A stretch of DNA of 64,000 bases from contig CAVVMW010000023.1 of the NCBI GenBank assembly GCA_963749495.1, positions 288,001 to 352,000 of the forward strand, read 5' to 3'. The stretch comes from an uncultured bacterium (GTDB lineage Bacteria > Verrucomicrobiota > Verrucomicrobiia > Limisphaerales > UBA8199). Below the pieces are notes generated by a model that had not been told where the DNA came from, searched no databases, and was given only the letters and a program-made list of their open reading frames with translations. Position 1 is the stretch's first letter; every line of letters starts with the position of its first letter. A program made the position numbers and the translations under genes. Shown piece after piece: positions 30,666 through 40,887 of the stretch.

Positions 30666-31655
30666 TCAGTCTTCAACCCGTGTGCTCTGGGTCCTGCTGG
30701 GCGGCGCCAGGTAATGATACGGGTTGCTCGGGTTTTCATTGGAGTAGGCAAACGCGTCGCGGTGGTCCAGGAAAAACTTCACGGCCTCGACCGGGATGGC
30801 AAAGCCCAGGCCCTCGCCGAAGGTGATCTTCATATTAGTCACGCCGATGACTTCGCCCCGGAGGTTGAAGAGGGGGCCGCCGCTGTTGCCGGGATTGATC
30901 TGGGCGGTCGTCTGCAGGTAGAGTTCGCCCCCCATCTGCCGGGTCTTGGTGCTCAGGATGCCCTCGGTGACGGTGCGTTCCAGGCCGAGCGGACTGCCGA
31001 TGGCGAAGACCTGCTCCCCCACCGCCATGGCATCGGCGCTGCCCATCGAGACGTGGGGGAACTTCGGCGCTTGCTTGTCCTGGACCTTGAGCAGGGCCAG
31101 GTCGGCGAACTTGTTGATGGCAACGATGCGCACCTGTTTGTAGCTGCGGCGGTCCAGTCCGCCGCCCTGCTGGTGATAGACCTCGATGGAGATCTGGGTC
31201 TCGCCTTCGATGACGTGGAAATTGGTCATCAGGAAGCCGTCTTCGTTGATGAAGAACCCGGAGCCCAGGACGCCCGGGGTGCGCACCTGGACCACCGCCT
31301 CGCCCAGTTCGTTGGCCAGGTTGCGCACGTTGCTCAGAGGCGCGGCCCTGCCCGCGGCCTGATAAAACGCGGGCCCGGTCTCCTGGACCGGTTTCGGCTC
31401 GGCGTCCGCGCCGGCCGCCGGTTGAGCGGAGACCATGGAGGCCGCGCCGGGGACGGTGCCCCTGGAAATCTTGACGATCTCGCTGCGCGGGATGGACAGG
31501 ATTGTATAGCCAATATCCACGGCCACGAGGTCCGGTTTTTCCGCCAGGATATTCCCGATCACGGCGGCCTTGTCTTTCAACTCGATCAGGTCGGCAGCCG
31601 CTGCCGGCCAGCCTGCTGCCGCAAGCCCCAGCACCACGACACACTGTTTAAGCAT
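30666..31655 (-). CDS. Secreted trypsin-like serine protease (S1C/HtrA-like, no PDZ domain)
   Basis: LGSGFFI, TNFHVI, DLALL and QINPGNSGGPL catalytic triad motifs, with a signal peptide. Confidence 0.92.
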   Translation of the reverse strand: MLKQCVVVLGLAAAGWPAAAADLIELKDKAAVIGNILAEKPDLVAVDIGYTILSIPRSEIVKISRGTVPGAASMVSAQPAAGADAEPKPVQETGPAFYQAAGRAAPLSNVRNLANELGEAVVQVRTPGVLGSGFFINEDGFLMTNFHVIEGETQISIEVYHQQGGGLDRRSYKQVRIVAINKFADLALLKVQDKQAPKFPHVSMGSADAMAVGEQVFAIGSPLGLERTVTEGILSTKTRQMGGELYLQTTAQINPGNSGGPLFNLRGEVIGVTNMKITFGEGLGFAIPVEAVKFFLDHRDAFAYSNENPSNPYHYLAPPSRTQSTRVED

Positions 31656-31718
31656 GGCCTGAAATTAGCCAACCCGCAGAGGTTTGACAAGGGCGGGGAG
31701 CCAGGGCAGGGGGGGATT

Positions 31719-31967
31719 GAAAGTGTCGGTCAGCCCACGGCGCCTTTTTGCCCCGAAGGGGCTTCCGACAATAGCCCGGCGTTTCAACGCCGGGTGAGCA
31801 GGCCCAACGAGCAGATCCGTCCCGAAGGGACGGCTGAGAGCGAGGAGTGTTCTCAGTCGTCCCTTCGGGACGAGGGTCCCTTTCGTGCCCTCCCCGGCGT
31901 TGAAACGCCGGGCTATTGTCAGATGTCCCTCCGGGACAAAACTCGTCAGGCGCATGCCCGACGCTTT
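31719..31967. mobile_element. Family B MITE/REP element
   Basis: Near-identical to 2097-2358. Confidence 0.87.
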
Positions 31968-32032
31968 GAGGCGCACCTGCGCCCGGGTAGGGGCTGGACG
32001 CAGCATCGGAATCCGGTATAGTCTCCGCGCTC

Positions 32033-33340
32033 ATGCATGTCATTCGCCACACGGACGGTGACTTCCAGGCGCGGCGGCGCCAGTTGGCGGCGCCCTCCAG
32101 CCTCTTTGACCCGGCCATCGAAGAGCGCACACGCGACCTCCTGGCCGACGTGCAGGCCCGTGGCGACCGGGCGGTGCTCGAGTTGACCGAGCGTTTCGAC
32201 GGCCCCCGGTTGACGGCCAATCAACTGGCCATCACGCGTGCCGAACTGCTCACGGCCTCGCTCAAGGCGGAGGCCCCGCTCCGGGCGGCCGTGGCGGAGG
32301 CGCGGCGCAATATCGCAGCCTTCGCCAGGAAGTCCCGGCGCAGGGATTGGCAGACCCGCAACTCGCACGGGGCGGCGGTGGGCGAGAGATTCGACCCCTT
32401 CCAGCGCGTAGGCGTCTATGTCCCCGGGGGCACGGCGCCGTTGGTCTCGACGGCCCTGATGACGGTGGTGCTGGCGGAGGTGGCCGGCTGTGCGGAAATC
32501 GTGGTCTGCACGCCCTGCGGCAAGGACGGCAGCATCAACCCGGCCCTGCTCTATGCGGCTCGAGCGGCGGGGGCGACAGAGATTTACCGCATTGGGGGCG
32601 CCCAGGCCATTGCGGCGATGGCCTACGGCACCCGGACGATTGGGCGGGTGCAGAAGATCTTCGGTCCGGGCAATGCCTACGTGGTGGCGGCCAAGCGGCT
32701 GGTGGTCGGGCACGTGGCCATCGATTTGTTGCCCGGCCCCAGCGAACTGCTGGTCCTGGCCGACCAGAGCGCCAACCCGGAGTTCATTGCCGCCGACTTG
32801 CTGGCCCAGGCCGAGCACGGCTCGGGCCATGAACGGGTCTGGCTGGTGACAACGTTTGGCCCGCTGCTCAAGGCGGTGGAACGTCAAATCGCGCGCCAGG
32901 CGCCCAAACTGGCCCGGCATGAATTCATCGCCCGCGCGCTGGAGCGCAACGGCTGGCTCATCCAGGTGGCGAGCCTCGATGCGGGCGTGGCCCTGGCCAA
33001 CCAATTGGCGCCGGAGCATTGCGAGGTGATGTGCCGCAACGCGCGCGCCCTGGCACGGCGGCTCCTGACCGCGGGGGCCATCTTCCTGGGGCCCTGGTCG
33101 CCCACGGTCCTGGGCGATTATGTGGCGGGGCCGAGCCACACCCTGCCCACCGGCGGGGCAGGGGCCTCGTTTGCGGGCCTGACGGTTAACCAGTTCCAGC
33201 GCCGCACCAGCGTGGTCGAATACAACCGGGCCGCCTTGCGCAGGGCGCTGCCGGCCGTGCGCACGTTCGCCCAACTCGAGGGTCTCAGCGCCCACGGACG
33301 CTCGGCGGAGGCTGAGGCTCAGGCCGGACCGGTGATGTGA
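32033..33340 (+). CDS. hisD: Histidinol dehydrogenase
   Basis: RVGVYVPGGTAPLVST, IGGAQAIAAMAYG, KIFGPGNAYV, LPGPSE, DLLAQAEH, APEH and GDYVAGPSHTLPT. Confidence 0.97.
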   Translation: MHVIRHTDGDFQARRRQLAAPSSLFDPAIEERTRDLLADVQARGDRAVLELTERFDGPRLTANQLAITRAELLTASLKAEAPLRAAVAEARRNIAAFARKSRRRDWQTRNSHGAAVGERFDPFQRVGVYVPGGTAPLVSTALMTVVLAEVAGCAEIVVCTPCGKDGSINPALLYAARAAGATEIYRIGGAQAIAAMAYGTRTIGRVQKIFGPGNAYVVAAKRLVVGHVAIDLLPGPSELLVLADQSANPEFIAADLLAQAEHGSGHERVWLVTTFGPLLKAVERQIARQAPKLARHEFIARALERNGWLIQVASLDAGVALANQLAPEHCEVMCRNARALARRLLTAGAIFLGPWSPTVLGDYVAGPSHTLPTGGAGASFAGLTVNQFQRRTSVVEYNRAALRRALPAVRTFAQLEGLSAHGRSAEAEAQAGPVM

Positions 33341-34188
33341 TCTCCCTGCGCACCTTTCTGGCCTTGAGCCGGGCCGCCACCCTCCCGACGGTCTGGTCCA
33401 ACTGCCTGGCCGGCTGGTGGCTCAGCGGCGGCGGCAATGCCCACAAACTGCCGCTGCTCCTGGCCGGCGCCACCCTCTTCTTCCTGGGCGCCGCTTTCCT
33501 CAACGATACCCTGGATGAGCAATATGACCGCCAATTCCGCCGCGTCCGGCCCATCCCCTCGGGTGCCATCACCTCGTCCGCCGCCCTGCGCTGGTCCGTG
33601 CTGTCGTTCTTCCTGGGCGAAGCCTGCTGGTTCGCGCTGGGCAAGACCACGGCTGGCATGGGGCTGGCGCTGGCATTGTGCGCCGCACTCTATAATGCCA
33701 TCCACCGGCTCATCACCTTCTCGCCGGTGCTGCTGGGGCTGTGCCGCCTGTTGCTCTACCTAGTCGCCGCCTCCGCCGCCGCCCAGGGAGTCGGCGGCGG
33801 GTCCATCTGGTGCGGGCTGGCCCTGGCGCTTTACGTCGTCGGCGCCGGCTGCCTGCCGCGCCCGGAAAACACCCGCGGCCTGGCTGACTACTGGCCGGCC
33901 TTGCTCCTGCTCGCGCCAATTTTCCTCGCCCTGCTCATGGACACGGGTCCCTATCGCCTGCCCGGCCTCGAGCTGTGCGCCATATTCGGCCTGTGGGTCC
34001 TCTATTGCCTGAGGCATGCCTACTGGCCGGTTGATCGCAACCTGGCCCGGGCCGCGTCCGGCCTGGTGGCTGGCATCGTGCTGGCAGACTGGCTGGCCGT
34101 GGTGGATGTGCCCCGCGAGTTGAGCCTGGTGTTCCTGGGCCTGTTCGGCGCGGCACTCCTGCTCCAGCGCCTGGTGCCGGCCTCGTGA
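33337..34188 (+). CDS. UbiA-family prenyltransferase (EboC-like)
   Basis: LSRAATLPTVWSNCLAG, FLNDTLDEQYDRQFRRVRPIPSG, LLGLCR and multiple TM helices. GTGA overlap with hisD. Confidence 0.85.
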   Translation: MISLRTFLALSRAATLPTVWSNCLAGWWLSGGGNAHKLPLLLAGATLFFLGAAFLNDTLDEQYDRQFRRVRPIPSGAITSSAALRWSVLSFFLGEACWFALGKTTAGMGLALALCAALYNAIHRLITFSPVLLGLCRLLLYLVAASAAAQGVGGGSIWCGLALALYVVGAGCLPRPENTRGLADYWPALLLLAPIFLALLMDTGPYRLPGLELCAIFGLWVLYCLRHAYWPVDRNLARAASGLVAGIVLADWLAVVDVPRELSLVFLGLFGAALLLQRLVPAS

Positions 34189-34195
34189 CGGGCGG

Positions 34196-34335
34196 GAATG
34201 ACGAATGACGAATGACGAATGACGAATGACGAAAGGGACCAAAAGACCAAGAAGGACTAAAGGGACAAAAGGGACGGAAGGCATTTAGTGATTCGTCATC
34301 CTCATTCGTCATTCGTCATTCGTCATTCGTCATTG
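34196..34335. repeat. Inverted heptamer tandem arrays (GAATGAC)n / (GTCATTC)n with a 9-mer spacer array
   Basis: Five GAATGAC units at 34196-34230, gggacaaaa-like 9-mers, then the reverse-complement array at 34291-34335. Confidence 0.92.
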
Positions 34336-34389
34336 CGGCCTCTCGCGTTCAAGCTTCCCCGCCCTCTCCCCGTCCTCTATTCTCCCTCC

Positions 34390-35040
34390 ATGCGTTGCAT
34401 CGTTACGGCAGGGCCGACCGCCGAGCCGCTGGACCAGGTGCGGTGCCTGACGAATTTCTCCACCGGCCGGCTCGGTAGCGAGCTGGCCAGTTTCCTGGCT
34501 GGGTGCGGGCATGAAGTGACGTTGCTGATCGGCCGGCAGGCCGCCTGGCAGGGGGAGCGCCGGGCGCGCCGGGTCCAGACCTTCACGACCACTGCCAGCC
34601 TGCGCGAGCGTTTGCGCGCCCTCTCCGGGGGGCCTGTCGATGCGGTCTTTCACGCCGCCGCGGTGAGTGATTTTGCCTTGGGCAGAGTTTGGCGGCGCTC
34701 GCCGGCCGGAGAGGAGGTCGAGGTGAGCGCCGGCAAGCTCTCGACCCGGGATGGGGTGCTCCTGGCCGAACTGGTGCCTACACCCAAGATCATCGCCGAA
34801 CTGCGGGGCTGGTTCCCCAAGGCGCGGCTGGTCGGCTGGAAATACGAAGTGGATGGCGACCGCCAGGGCGCTATCCAACTGGCCCGCCGGCAAATTGCCC
34901 AATGCGCGACAGATGCCTGCGTCGCCAACGGCCCTGCTTACGGCGCCGGCTTCGGCCTGGTCCGCCCCGCCCGCCGCTGCCTCCACCTCAAGGGCGCCAC
35001 CGCCTTGTTCGAGGCGATCGAGGGCATTCTGGCTGGCTGA
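34390..35040 (+). CDS. coaB: Phosphopantothenate-cysteine ligase-like (CoaB / Dfp C-terminal domain) protein
   Basis: IVTAGPTAEPLDQVRCLTNFSTGRLG, HAAAVSDF, PTPKII, LVGWKYE and CVAN. Confidence 0.8.
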   Translation: MRCIVTAGPTAEPLDQVRCLTNFSTGRLGSELASFLAGCGHEVTLLIGRQAAWQGERRARRVQTFTTTASLRERLRALSGGPVDAVFHAAAVSDFALGRVWRRSPAGEEVEVSAGKLSTRDGVLLAELVPTPKIIAELRGWFPKARLVGWKYEVDGDRQGAIQLARRQIAQCATDACVANGPAYGAGFGLVRPARRCLHLKGATALFEAIEGILAG

Positions 35041-35146
35041 AACGGAACCAAGACAGAATCATTATTGACAGGATCATTGACGGCGTGACCCCTTGTCTCC
35101 CGAAAATGGGATTGCCGCTATTTCCGGCTGCGAGCATAGTCCGCCT

Positions 35147-38041
35147 ATGAACGCGCATCCGTGCAAGACCTCCCCGGGCGCGCCGTTGAGGCGCTGGCTG
35201 GGGCTTGGGGGCCTGCTGGTGCTGGCATCGAGCAGCGGCGCACAATCGCTGCCGCAGTTTGACTTCACCCAACCGTCGGGCGTCCAGGGCTGGGTGGCCG
35301 CGCATGACATCTCCGGGCTGGAGGCGACAACCAACGGGTTGGTCATAAGCATCTCCGGTTCCGACCCGTACGTGTTCGGTCCGGCGCGGGACTACCCCGT
35401 CAACCAATTGTTGTGGCTGCGGCTGCTGCTCAAGTCCGACCAGGCGGGCATGGCGCAGGTGTTTTACTTCCCGGCGCAGGGCAGCCCGAGCGAGGCCAAT
35501 TCGGTGATGATGTATGCGCCGGGCGGCGATTGGGCGGAGCTGCGCCTGCCGATGCCGGCGTTAGGCCCGCAGACCCGGCTGCGCTTCGATCCACCCGGCA
35601 CCGGGGGCGCGTGCGTGCTGGGGCGAATAAGCTTCGAGCTGCGGCCCAGCCTGCCAGAACCGGCCTGGCTCAAGCCGGAGCCGCCGATGCTGGATTCCAA
35701 CGCCCCGGCAGTGGTCTCGGGCGGACTGGCGCTGGCGCACGGGACCAGCGCGTTGGGCGCGTTCGATTTGCGCGTCAACGGAACGAACATGGCGGTGGGC
35801 AACACTCGATCCGTCGTTGGCTATCTGCGCAACCAAACACCGTGGTGGTTCGCGCTCACAAACCCGGTCACCGCCACACTGGCGGGCGGCGCCTTGACGG
35901 TGCGCGCCAACTCGACCGATCCGGACGGCGGCCAGTGGCAAGTGGAACAGATGTTTGAGCCTGCCGCCACGCCGGGCGGGATTGAGATCCAAAGCCGCGT
36001 CACAGTCAACCAGGATCGGTCGGTGATTTTCCTGCCCATGTTAACCTTGCTGCCGGGGGTGGGGACATTCGGCACCAACAAGACCCAGGCCCTGTTGGCG
36101 GGCCTGGAGTACCTCGAAAACGAGCCGAGCAGCTCGCAGGCGGACATCAGTGCGGCTGGCTGGGAGCGGCTGGTCCCCGACCCGGTGAAGCTCACATTTC
36201 CCATGATGGCGCTGGCGGCGGGCGGCAACTACGTCGGGCTGCTGTGGGAGCCTTCCACGAACTTCGCCGCGCTGCACGATTCGCCCGATCGGCTCTTGCG
36301 CTCCGGCGGCCACCTGATGGGCCTCATTTTTCCCGGCGCCGATCCGGCCTTGCGCCAGGACGGCAGTGTGCTGCCTTACGACGGCCAAAAGCTCCAGGCC
36401 GGGCAGACCTTGACGTTGCGAGCCACAATCATCGGCGGGAGCGGCGACACCGTTGTTCCCGCACTCCAGCAATACGTGGCGCGGCGGGGTCTGCCCCCGC
36501 TGCCCAACACCGGCTACAGCGCGGCGGACTACTTCGCCCTGGCGGCGCACGGCTGGCTCGACACGCCCATCCGCAACGGCGCGCTCTTCCGCAATGCGGT
36601 CGCGGTCAACTTCGGTTTCGCCCCGGCAGCCGACGCGGCCCTGTTCATGGACTGGCTGTCCGCCCGGGTGCCGGACGCAACCCTCAAGACACGGCTGACC
36701 AACACGGCCACCTACGCGCGCGCGGCCGTGGCTCCGGCCAGCTACAATGCCGCGGCCGTGGGCCACGTGCGCTTTCCGGTGGAGGCGCTGGTCTATGGGG
36801 CGGTGCCGGCAAACGGGGCCACTGCCTTGAGCGGGGGCCAGGCGGAGTTGGGCCTTTTTCAGCCGGACGGCTCGGTCCTCTACCAAGCACCCCAAGGCGG
36901 GCTCGACCTGGGCAGCACTTATGGAACGCGCGATGCCAACGGTCTGACCGCCGGTCATGTGGTGAGTGTCCTGGAGGACGGCGCGTTTTGCGGCGACCCG
37001 GCGCTGTTGGGTGCAGGGGTGCGCCTGGTGCGGGCGTTGAACAAGTTCCGCAACAGCGTGCCGCGCGGGGCGCAGACCTGGGAGGTGCCGTTGCACACGC
37101 CCGACATTCTGGCCAGCGCCTGGCTGGTTCGCTGCTATACCCTGGCATACGAATTGACGGGTGAGGCCGACTTCCTGGCCCAAGCGCAGTATTGGGCCTG
37201 GACCGGCGTGCCGTTCGTTTATCTGGCGCCTCCGACCGGCCAACCGGTGGGCGTGTATGCGACGATCCCTGTCTTTGGCGCCAGCGATTTCGTGGCCTCC
37301 TGGTTCGGTGTGCCGGTGCAATGGTGCGGGCTGGTCTATGCGGACGCCATCCACCGTTTGGCTCGGCATGACCCTGCCGGGCCCTGGGTGCGCCTGGCCA
37401 ACGGCATTGCCTCATCGGGTGTGCAACAGACCCACCCGCCGGGCGAGGCGGGCCTCCAGGGCCTGCTCCCGGACAGTTTCAACCTCCGCGCCCAGGCGCG
37501 CAACGCCCCGGCAATTAACCCCGCCACACTGCTGCCGGAGGCCCTGCAACTGTTTGGCTGCGACCCGGTCTATGACTTCCGGGCCTTCCGGCATCACGGG
37601 CTGCTGGTTCATGCCCCCGGCCCCATAACCGACTGCCAGGAAACAAGCCAGGGCGTCAGTTTCCGGGTCAGCAGTTGGCCTCAATGGGAGTCGTATCTTC
37701 TGATCAACGGTTTTGCCGGCGGCACATTCAAGATCAATGGGGTCGAGAACCGCGCCCCACCGGGCCATTTGATCCTGGGACTGATCGCCCCCGCCCTGGT
37801 GGAGATTGCCGCGCCCGCAAACGATGCCCTGTCCATCGAGCGGGCAGCCTCCAATTCCAACGTCAGGCTCAGTTGGCCGCGCGTTGCCACCAACTATGTG
37901 CTGGAACGCGCCGCCGAGCCTGGGAGCAGCTTGCCTTGGCAGACCGTGACCAACGCCCCCGCCATTGACGGTTCCTGGTTCATCTTCACGACCCCGGCCG
38001 ACAAGCCCATGGAAGGCTTCCGCCTCCGCCGCCAACCCTAA
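35147..38041 (+). CDS. Large secreted protein of unknown function, possibly carbohydrate-active
   Basis: Signal peptide, N-terminal CBM-like domain (DPYVFGP...RLRFDP), helical region PRGAQTWEVPLHTPDILAS, and C-terminal YVLER...WQTV...FRLRR. Confidence 0.8.
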   Translation: MNAHPCKTSPGAPLRRWLGLGGLLVLASSSGAQSLPQFDFTQPSGVQGWVAAHDISGLEATTNGLVISISGSDPYVFGPARDYPVNQLLWLRLLLKSDQAGMAQVFYFPAQGSPSEANSVMMYAPGGDWAELRLPMPALGPQTRLRFDPPGTGGACVLGRISFELRPSLPEPAWLKPEPPMLDSNAPAVVSGGLALAHGTSALGAFDLRVNGTNMAVGNTRSVVGYLRNQTPWWFALTNPVTATLAGGALTVRANSTDPDGGQWQVEQMFEPAATPGGIEIQSRVTVNQDRSVIFLPMLTLLPGVGTFGTNKTQALLAGLEYLENEPSSSQADISAAGWERLVPDPVKLTFPMMALAAGGNYVGLLWEPSTNFAALHDSPDRLLRSGGHLMGLIFPGADPALRQDGSVLPYDGQKLQAGQTLTLRATIIGGSGDTVVPALQQYVARRGLPPLPNTGYSAADYFALAAHGWLDTPIRNGALFRNAVAVNFGFAPAADAALFMDWLSARVPDATLKTRLTNTATYARAAVAPASYNAAAVGHVRFPVEALVYGAVPANGATALSGGQAELGLFQPDGSVLYQAPQGGLDLGSTYGTRDANGLTAGHVVSVLEDGAFCGDPALLGAGVRLVRALNKFRNSVPRGAQTWEVPLHTPDILASAWLVRCYTLAYELTGEADFLAQAQYWAWTGVPFVYLAPPTGQPVGVYATIPVFGASDFVASWFGVPVQWCGLVYADAIHRLARHDPAGPWVRLANGIASSGVQQTHPPGEAGLQGLLPDSFNLRAQARNAPAINPATLLPEALQLFGCDPVYDFRAFRHHGLLVHAPGPITDCQETSQGVSFRVSSWPQWESYLLINGFAGGTFKINGVENRAPPGHLILGLIAPALVEIAAPANDALSIERAASNSNVRLSWPRVATNYVLERAAEPGSSLPWQTVTNAPAIDGSWFIFTTPADKPMEGFRLRRQP

Positions 38042-38106
38042 GAGCTTTCAGATTGACCCCCGGCATGGGGTTCGATACGCTTGCTCCCAGCTCCAGGAGA
38101 GCTGCT

Positions 38107-38478
38107 ATGAAGCTGTGCGCCAACTGCGGTAGCGAGAACGAGGACGCGGCAACCCGCTGCCGCAGGTGCAGCGCTGAGCTTGTCACGCCCAAACCGGGCT
38201 CCGAGGAGCAAGAACCCGACGCCCGCTTCGAGAAAGTGGCCGTCCTGGACAGCGAAGTGCAGGCCGAACTGCTGGACGGGGTCCTGTCCGGCCAGGGCAT
38301 CCCCCACATCATGCAGAGCTACCACGATTCGGCCTACGACGGCCTCTTCCAGTCGCAAATGGGCTGGGGCCACGTGTCGGCGCCTGCCAGGTTCCGGGGT
38401 GAGATTCTGGCCACCCTTGAGAGCTTGAAGCGCCAAGCGGAGCACCCTGACGCGGCCCCGACGGGGCCCGCAGAGTGA
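38107..38478 (+). CDS. Zinc-ribbon plus DUF2007-like small protein
   Basis: CANC...CRRC zinc ribbon, then EVQAELLDGVLSGQGIP. Confidence 0.75.
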   Translation: MKLCANCGSENEDAATRCRRCSAELVTPKPGSEEQEPDARFEKVAVLDSEVQAELLDGVLSGQGIPHIMQSYHDSAYDGLFQSQMGWGHVSAPARFRGEILATLESLKRQAEHPDAAPTGPAE

Positions 38479-38539
38479 GCCGCGGCCCGAGCACAGCTTC
38501 GACTATTCCCGCTCAGCTCATCCTGCCGCCCCTCCCATC

Positions 38540-38606
38540 GGAGCGCGGACGCCTCGTCCGCGCGTTTCGGGTTCAGGCCAGCGCGCGGACGAGGCGTCCG
38601 CGCTCC
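38540..38606. repeat. REP-like doublet, family D
   Basis: ggagcgcggacgcctcgtccgcgcg...cgcgcggacgaggcgtccgcgctcc, between convergent genes. Second copy near 51250-51315. Confidence 0.85.
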
Positions 38607-38612
38607 TTCCGA

Positions 38613-39938
38613 TCAAGCCGACATCGCCGCTTCGGGCTGGGGAGCGGGCGCCTTTTTTGGCGGCGGATGGAAGAACAGGGCCAAGACGACCACGCCCACT
38701 GCGGCGATGGCCAGCGGCACCAGGAACAGGCCGTGGAAGTCCACCACACCGTTGTGGTTGAAGACGCTCTGGATGAGAGGCGGGCACACGAAGTTGGCAA
38801 CCAAATTGCCGAGGCCCAGGATCACCACATTGAACAGGCCCTGGGCGCTGGCACGCACGTCTTTGGGGAAATACTCGTCCACGAAGATATAGACCGTGCT
38901 GAAGAAGAAGGCATAGCCGAAGCCGTGCAGTAGTTGGACCAGGATCATCGGCGCCGCGACCGGCCAGAAGGCATAAAGGGCGAAGCGCCCGATGTGCGCG
39001 AGAATCCCAACAGCCATGGTCATGCGCCAGCCCAGGCGCGCCAGGGCAGTACCCAGGAGCAGGTTGGCCAGCACCTCGGACACCTGGCCAATGCTCATGA
39101 TCGGCATGGTCCAGTTGCCTGGGATGCCCACGCCGCCCCCGGTGACCGGCGTGCTCAAGAACCTGTCCGTATATTGGAAGTAGGCGTAAAGCACGAAGGC
39201 GACCAGGGCGCTGATGATCCATAGCACGAGCACATAGGGCTGCTTGAGCAGCTTGATTGCCTCCAGCCAGGCGAAGCGGTCGGCTCCCTGCACCGCTTTC
39301 TTGGGCGGGGTGTGCGGCAGCGTCAGGCTGTAGGCCGCCAGGAGGAGCGACGCAAGGCCGGCGACGAAGAAAATCCAGCGGGTCTCCTCCAGCAGCCGTT
39401 CACCGCGCAGGCCGGAGCCCAGCACCGTGGAGAGCCAGTTCACCACCCCCGACGGGCTCTCGGCATGCACCTTGGCCCAGTCCACGAGGATGAAGGCGAA
39501 GGGCCAACTGGCCAGGACCCAGCCCACTGAACTGCCGACTCGCACCACGCCATACTCCTTCTGCGGGTCTTTCATGTGGGCGAAGGCGATGGAATTGACG
39601 ATGGACAACGTGGGCACGTAAAGCAGGCAGTGAACAAACATCAGGATGAGGAACGGCCAGAAGGACGTGGTGAAGGTCAGCAGGAGCATGGCCAGGCCGC
39701 CCACCAGATGGCTGAAGGCCAGGAACCGCTCGGCTGCGAAATGACGGTCGGCGAACTGGTTGCTGAAAAACATGCCCACCAGCGCGGCAATGGGGAACGC
39801 ATTGAGAATCCAGGCCTGCTCCCCGAAAGAAAAGCCCAGGGCCGCCAGATAGCCGAAGATCTTGGGCAGCCAGCAGCCCCAGATGGCGAACTCGAGGCCC
39901 ATCATCACAAAAAGTTTGCGGCGTATCGCAGTGTTCAT
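38613..39938 (-). CDS. MFS nucleoside:H+ symporter family (NupG/YegT-like)
   Basis: MMGLEFAIWGCW, QFADRHFAAER, YVPTLSIVNSIAF, VRVGSSVGW, MSIGQVSE, LHGFGYAFFF and RASAQGL. Confidence 0.92.
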   Translation of the reverse strand: MNTAIRRKLFVMMGLEFAIWGCWLPKIFGYLAALGFSFGEQAWILNAFPIAALVGMFFSNQFADRHFAAERFLAFSHLVGGLAMLLLTFTTSFWPFLILMFVHCLLYVPTLSIVNSIAFAHMKDPQKEYGVVRVGSSVGWVLASWPFAFILVDWAKVHAESPSGVVNWLSTVLGSGLRGERLLEETRWIFFVAGLASLLLAAYSLTLPHTPPKKAVQGADRFAWLEAIKLLKQPYVLVLWIISALVAFVLYAYFQYTDRFLSTPVTGGGVGIPGNWTMPIMSIGQVSEVLANLLLGTALARLGWRMTMAVGILAHIGRFALYAFWPVAAPMILVQLLHGFGYAFFFSTVYIFVDEYFPKDVRASAQGLFNVVILGLGNLVANFVCPPLIQSVFNHNGVVDFHGLFLVPLAIAAVGVVVLALFFHPPPKKAPAPQPEAAMSA

Positions 39939-40132
39939 AGCTCAGTTGCCCGCGAGCATAGAAAAGGCGGGGCACAAAAGCAAGGCGAGATGCATCTCAT
40001 TCCGCAAGGCCCAGGGCGCATCGCCTGTACCACCATTGAACGGAAGAACGGCGGGCATCACTCTATTCCGTCGAATTCATCCCGGAGGGATGAAAGAGGG
40101 CAGCCGGGGGTCGAAGCGCAGCGAGACCCCCG

Positions 40133-40887
40133 GTGCGGCGACGGCGGATGGCTGCAAACAGTGACCCAGCACGAAAGAACTGGGTGGGAAAGCCCAACCA
40201 GCTCCCCGAGCCCGAGTGTTGCCGGGCAGAAGGACAAGCCCAAGCTGAGGAGGCCAAGACTTAGCTCACGCGTATTCTTAGCCAACTCGGCCTCCAGTTG
40301 AGTGCCGAGAAGACTCGCATCACCACCTACGGAAAGGGCTACTCCTTTCTCGGGTTCGTGATGTCCCGTCGGTCCAAGCGTATGCGCCCCAAGTCCCAGG
40401 ACAAGTTCAAAGACAAGGTGCGGGAATTGACTGCCCGTAAGCGCAATCCGGACGCGCAACTTATCGGGGAACTCAACCGAGTCATTCAAGGCACTGCCAA
40501 CTACTTCGCCACGCGCTGGTCCACGAACCGGTGGCTTTTTCAGAAGCTGAACTCCTGGATTCGGCGGCGCTTGCGCTGCATGAAATTCAAGCGTTTCAGC
40601 TATCACCACAACCACCGGATGCGCCTGAAGCAGTTTGCGAAACTCGGGCTGTTGAGCCTGGAGAGCTTCTGCTGGTCATGAGAACGGCTCACGCCAAGCC
40701 GTGCCAAAGAACGCAGGACGGATTCCCCACGGGGGTTCACTCTGTCCAAAATCGGAGTTGGCGACGCGGGTCAGCGCCGCCAACGGGGGTCGCCCGGAGT
40801 CAGAAACTGACACGCCGGTAAATATAGGGAATGGACCCTATCGCGACAACGGGCAGGGGGTGGCCGCAAGGCCACTCCCTTACCCAC
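40133..40887 (+). mobile_element. Internally deleted group II intron
   Basis: 5' GTGCG at 40133 right after a hairpin. RT/maturase remnant inside. Domain V-like cgcccggagtcagaaactgacacgccgg and domain VI-like gggcagggggtggccgcaaggccactcccttacccAC at the 3' end. Confidence 0.75.
40235..40681 (+). pseudogene. C-terminal fragment of a group II intron RT/maturase
   Basis: LGLQLSAEKTRI...FLGF (RT end) and ELNRVIQGTANYF...WIRRRLR (X/thumb domain). No YADD-containing core. Confidence 0.88.

Noticed and set aside
30381..30751. N-terminal extension of ORF 29414-30751 as a real domain
   Set aside because: It is read-through of a family C repeat (PSPRPSPLRGERE). The signal-like segment starts near 30380.
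29745..33295. Long antisense or alternative-frame ORFs (for example 29745-32021, 31946-33295, 41847-43619 and 61143-63251)
   Set aside because: They are shadows of well-supported genes in high-GC DNA and show no protein motifs.
34196..34335. Heptamer arrays and REP clusters as CRISPR arrays
   Set aside because: There is no repeat-unique spacer periodicity and no cas gene in the window.
40235..40681. RT fragment as a retron, DGR or defence RT
   Set aside because: It has a maturase X domain and flanking group II intron ends, no catalytic core, and no template/variable repeat pair.
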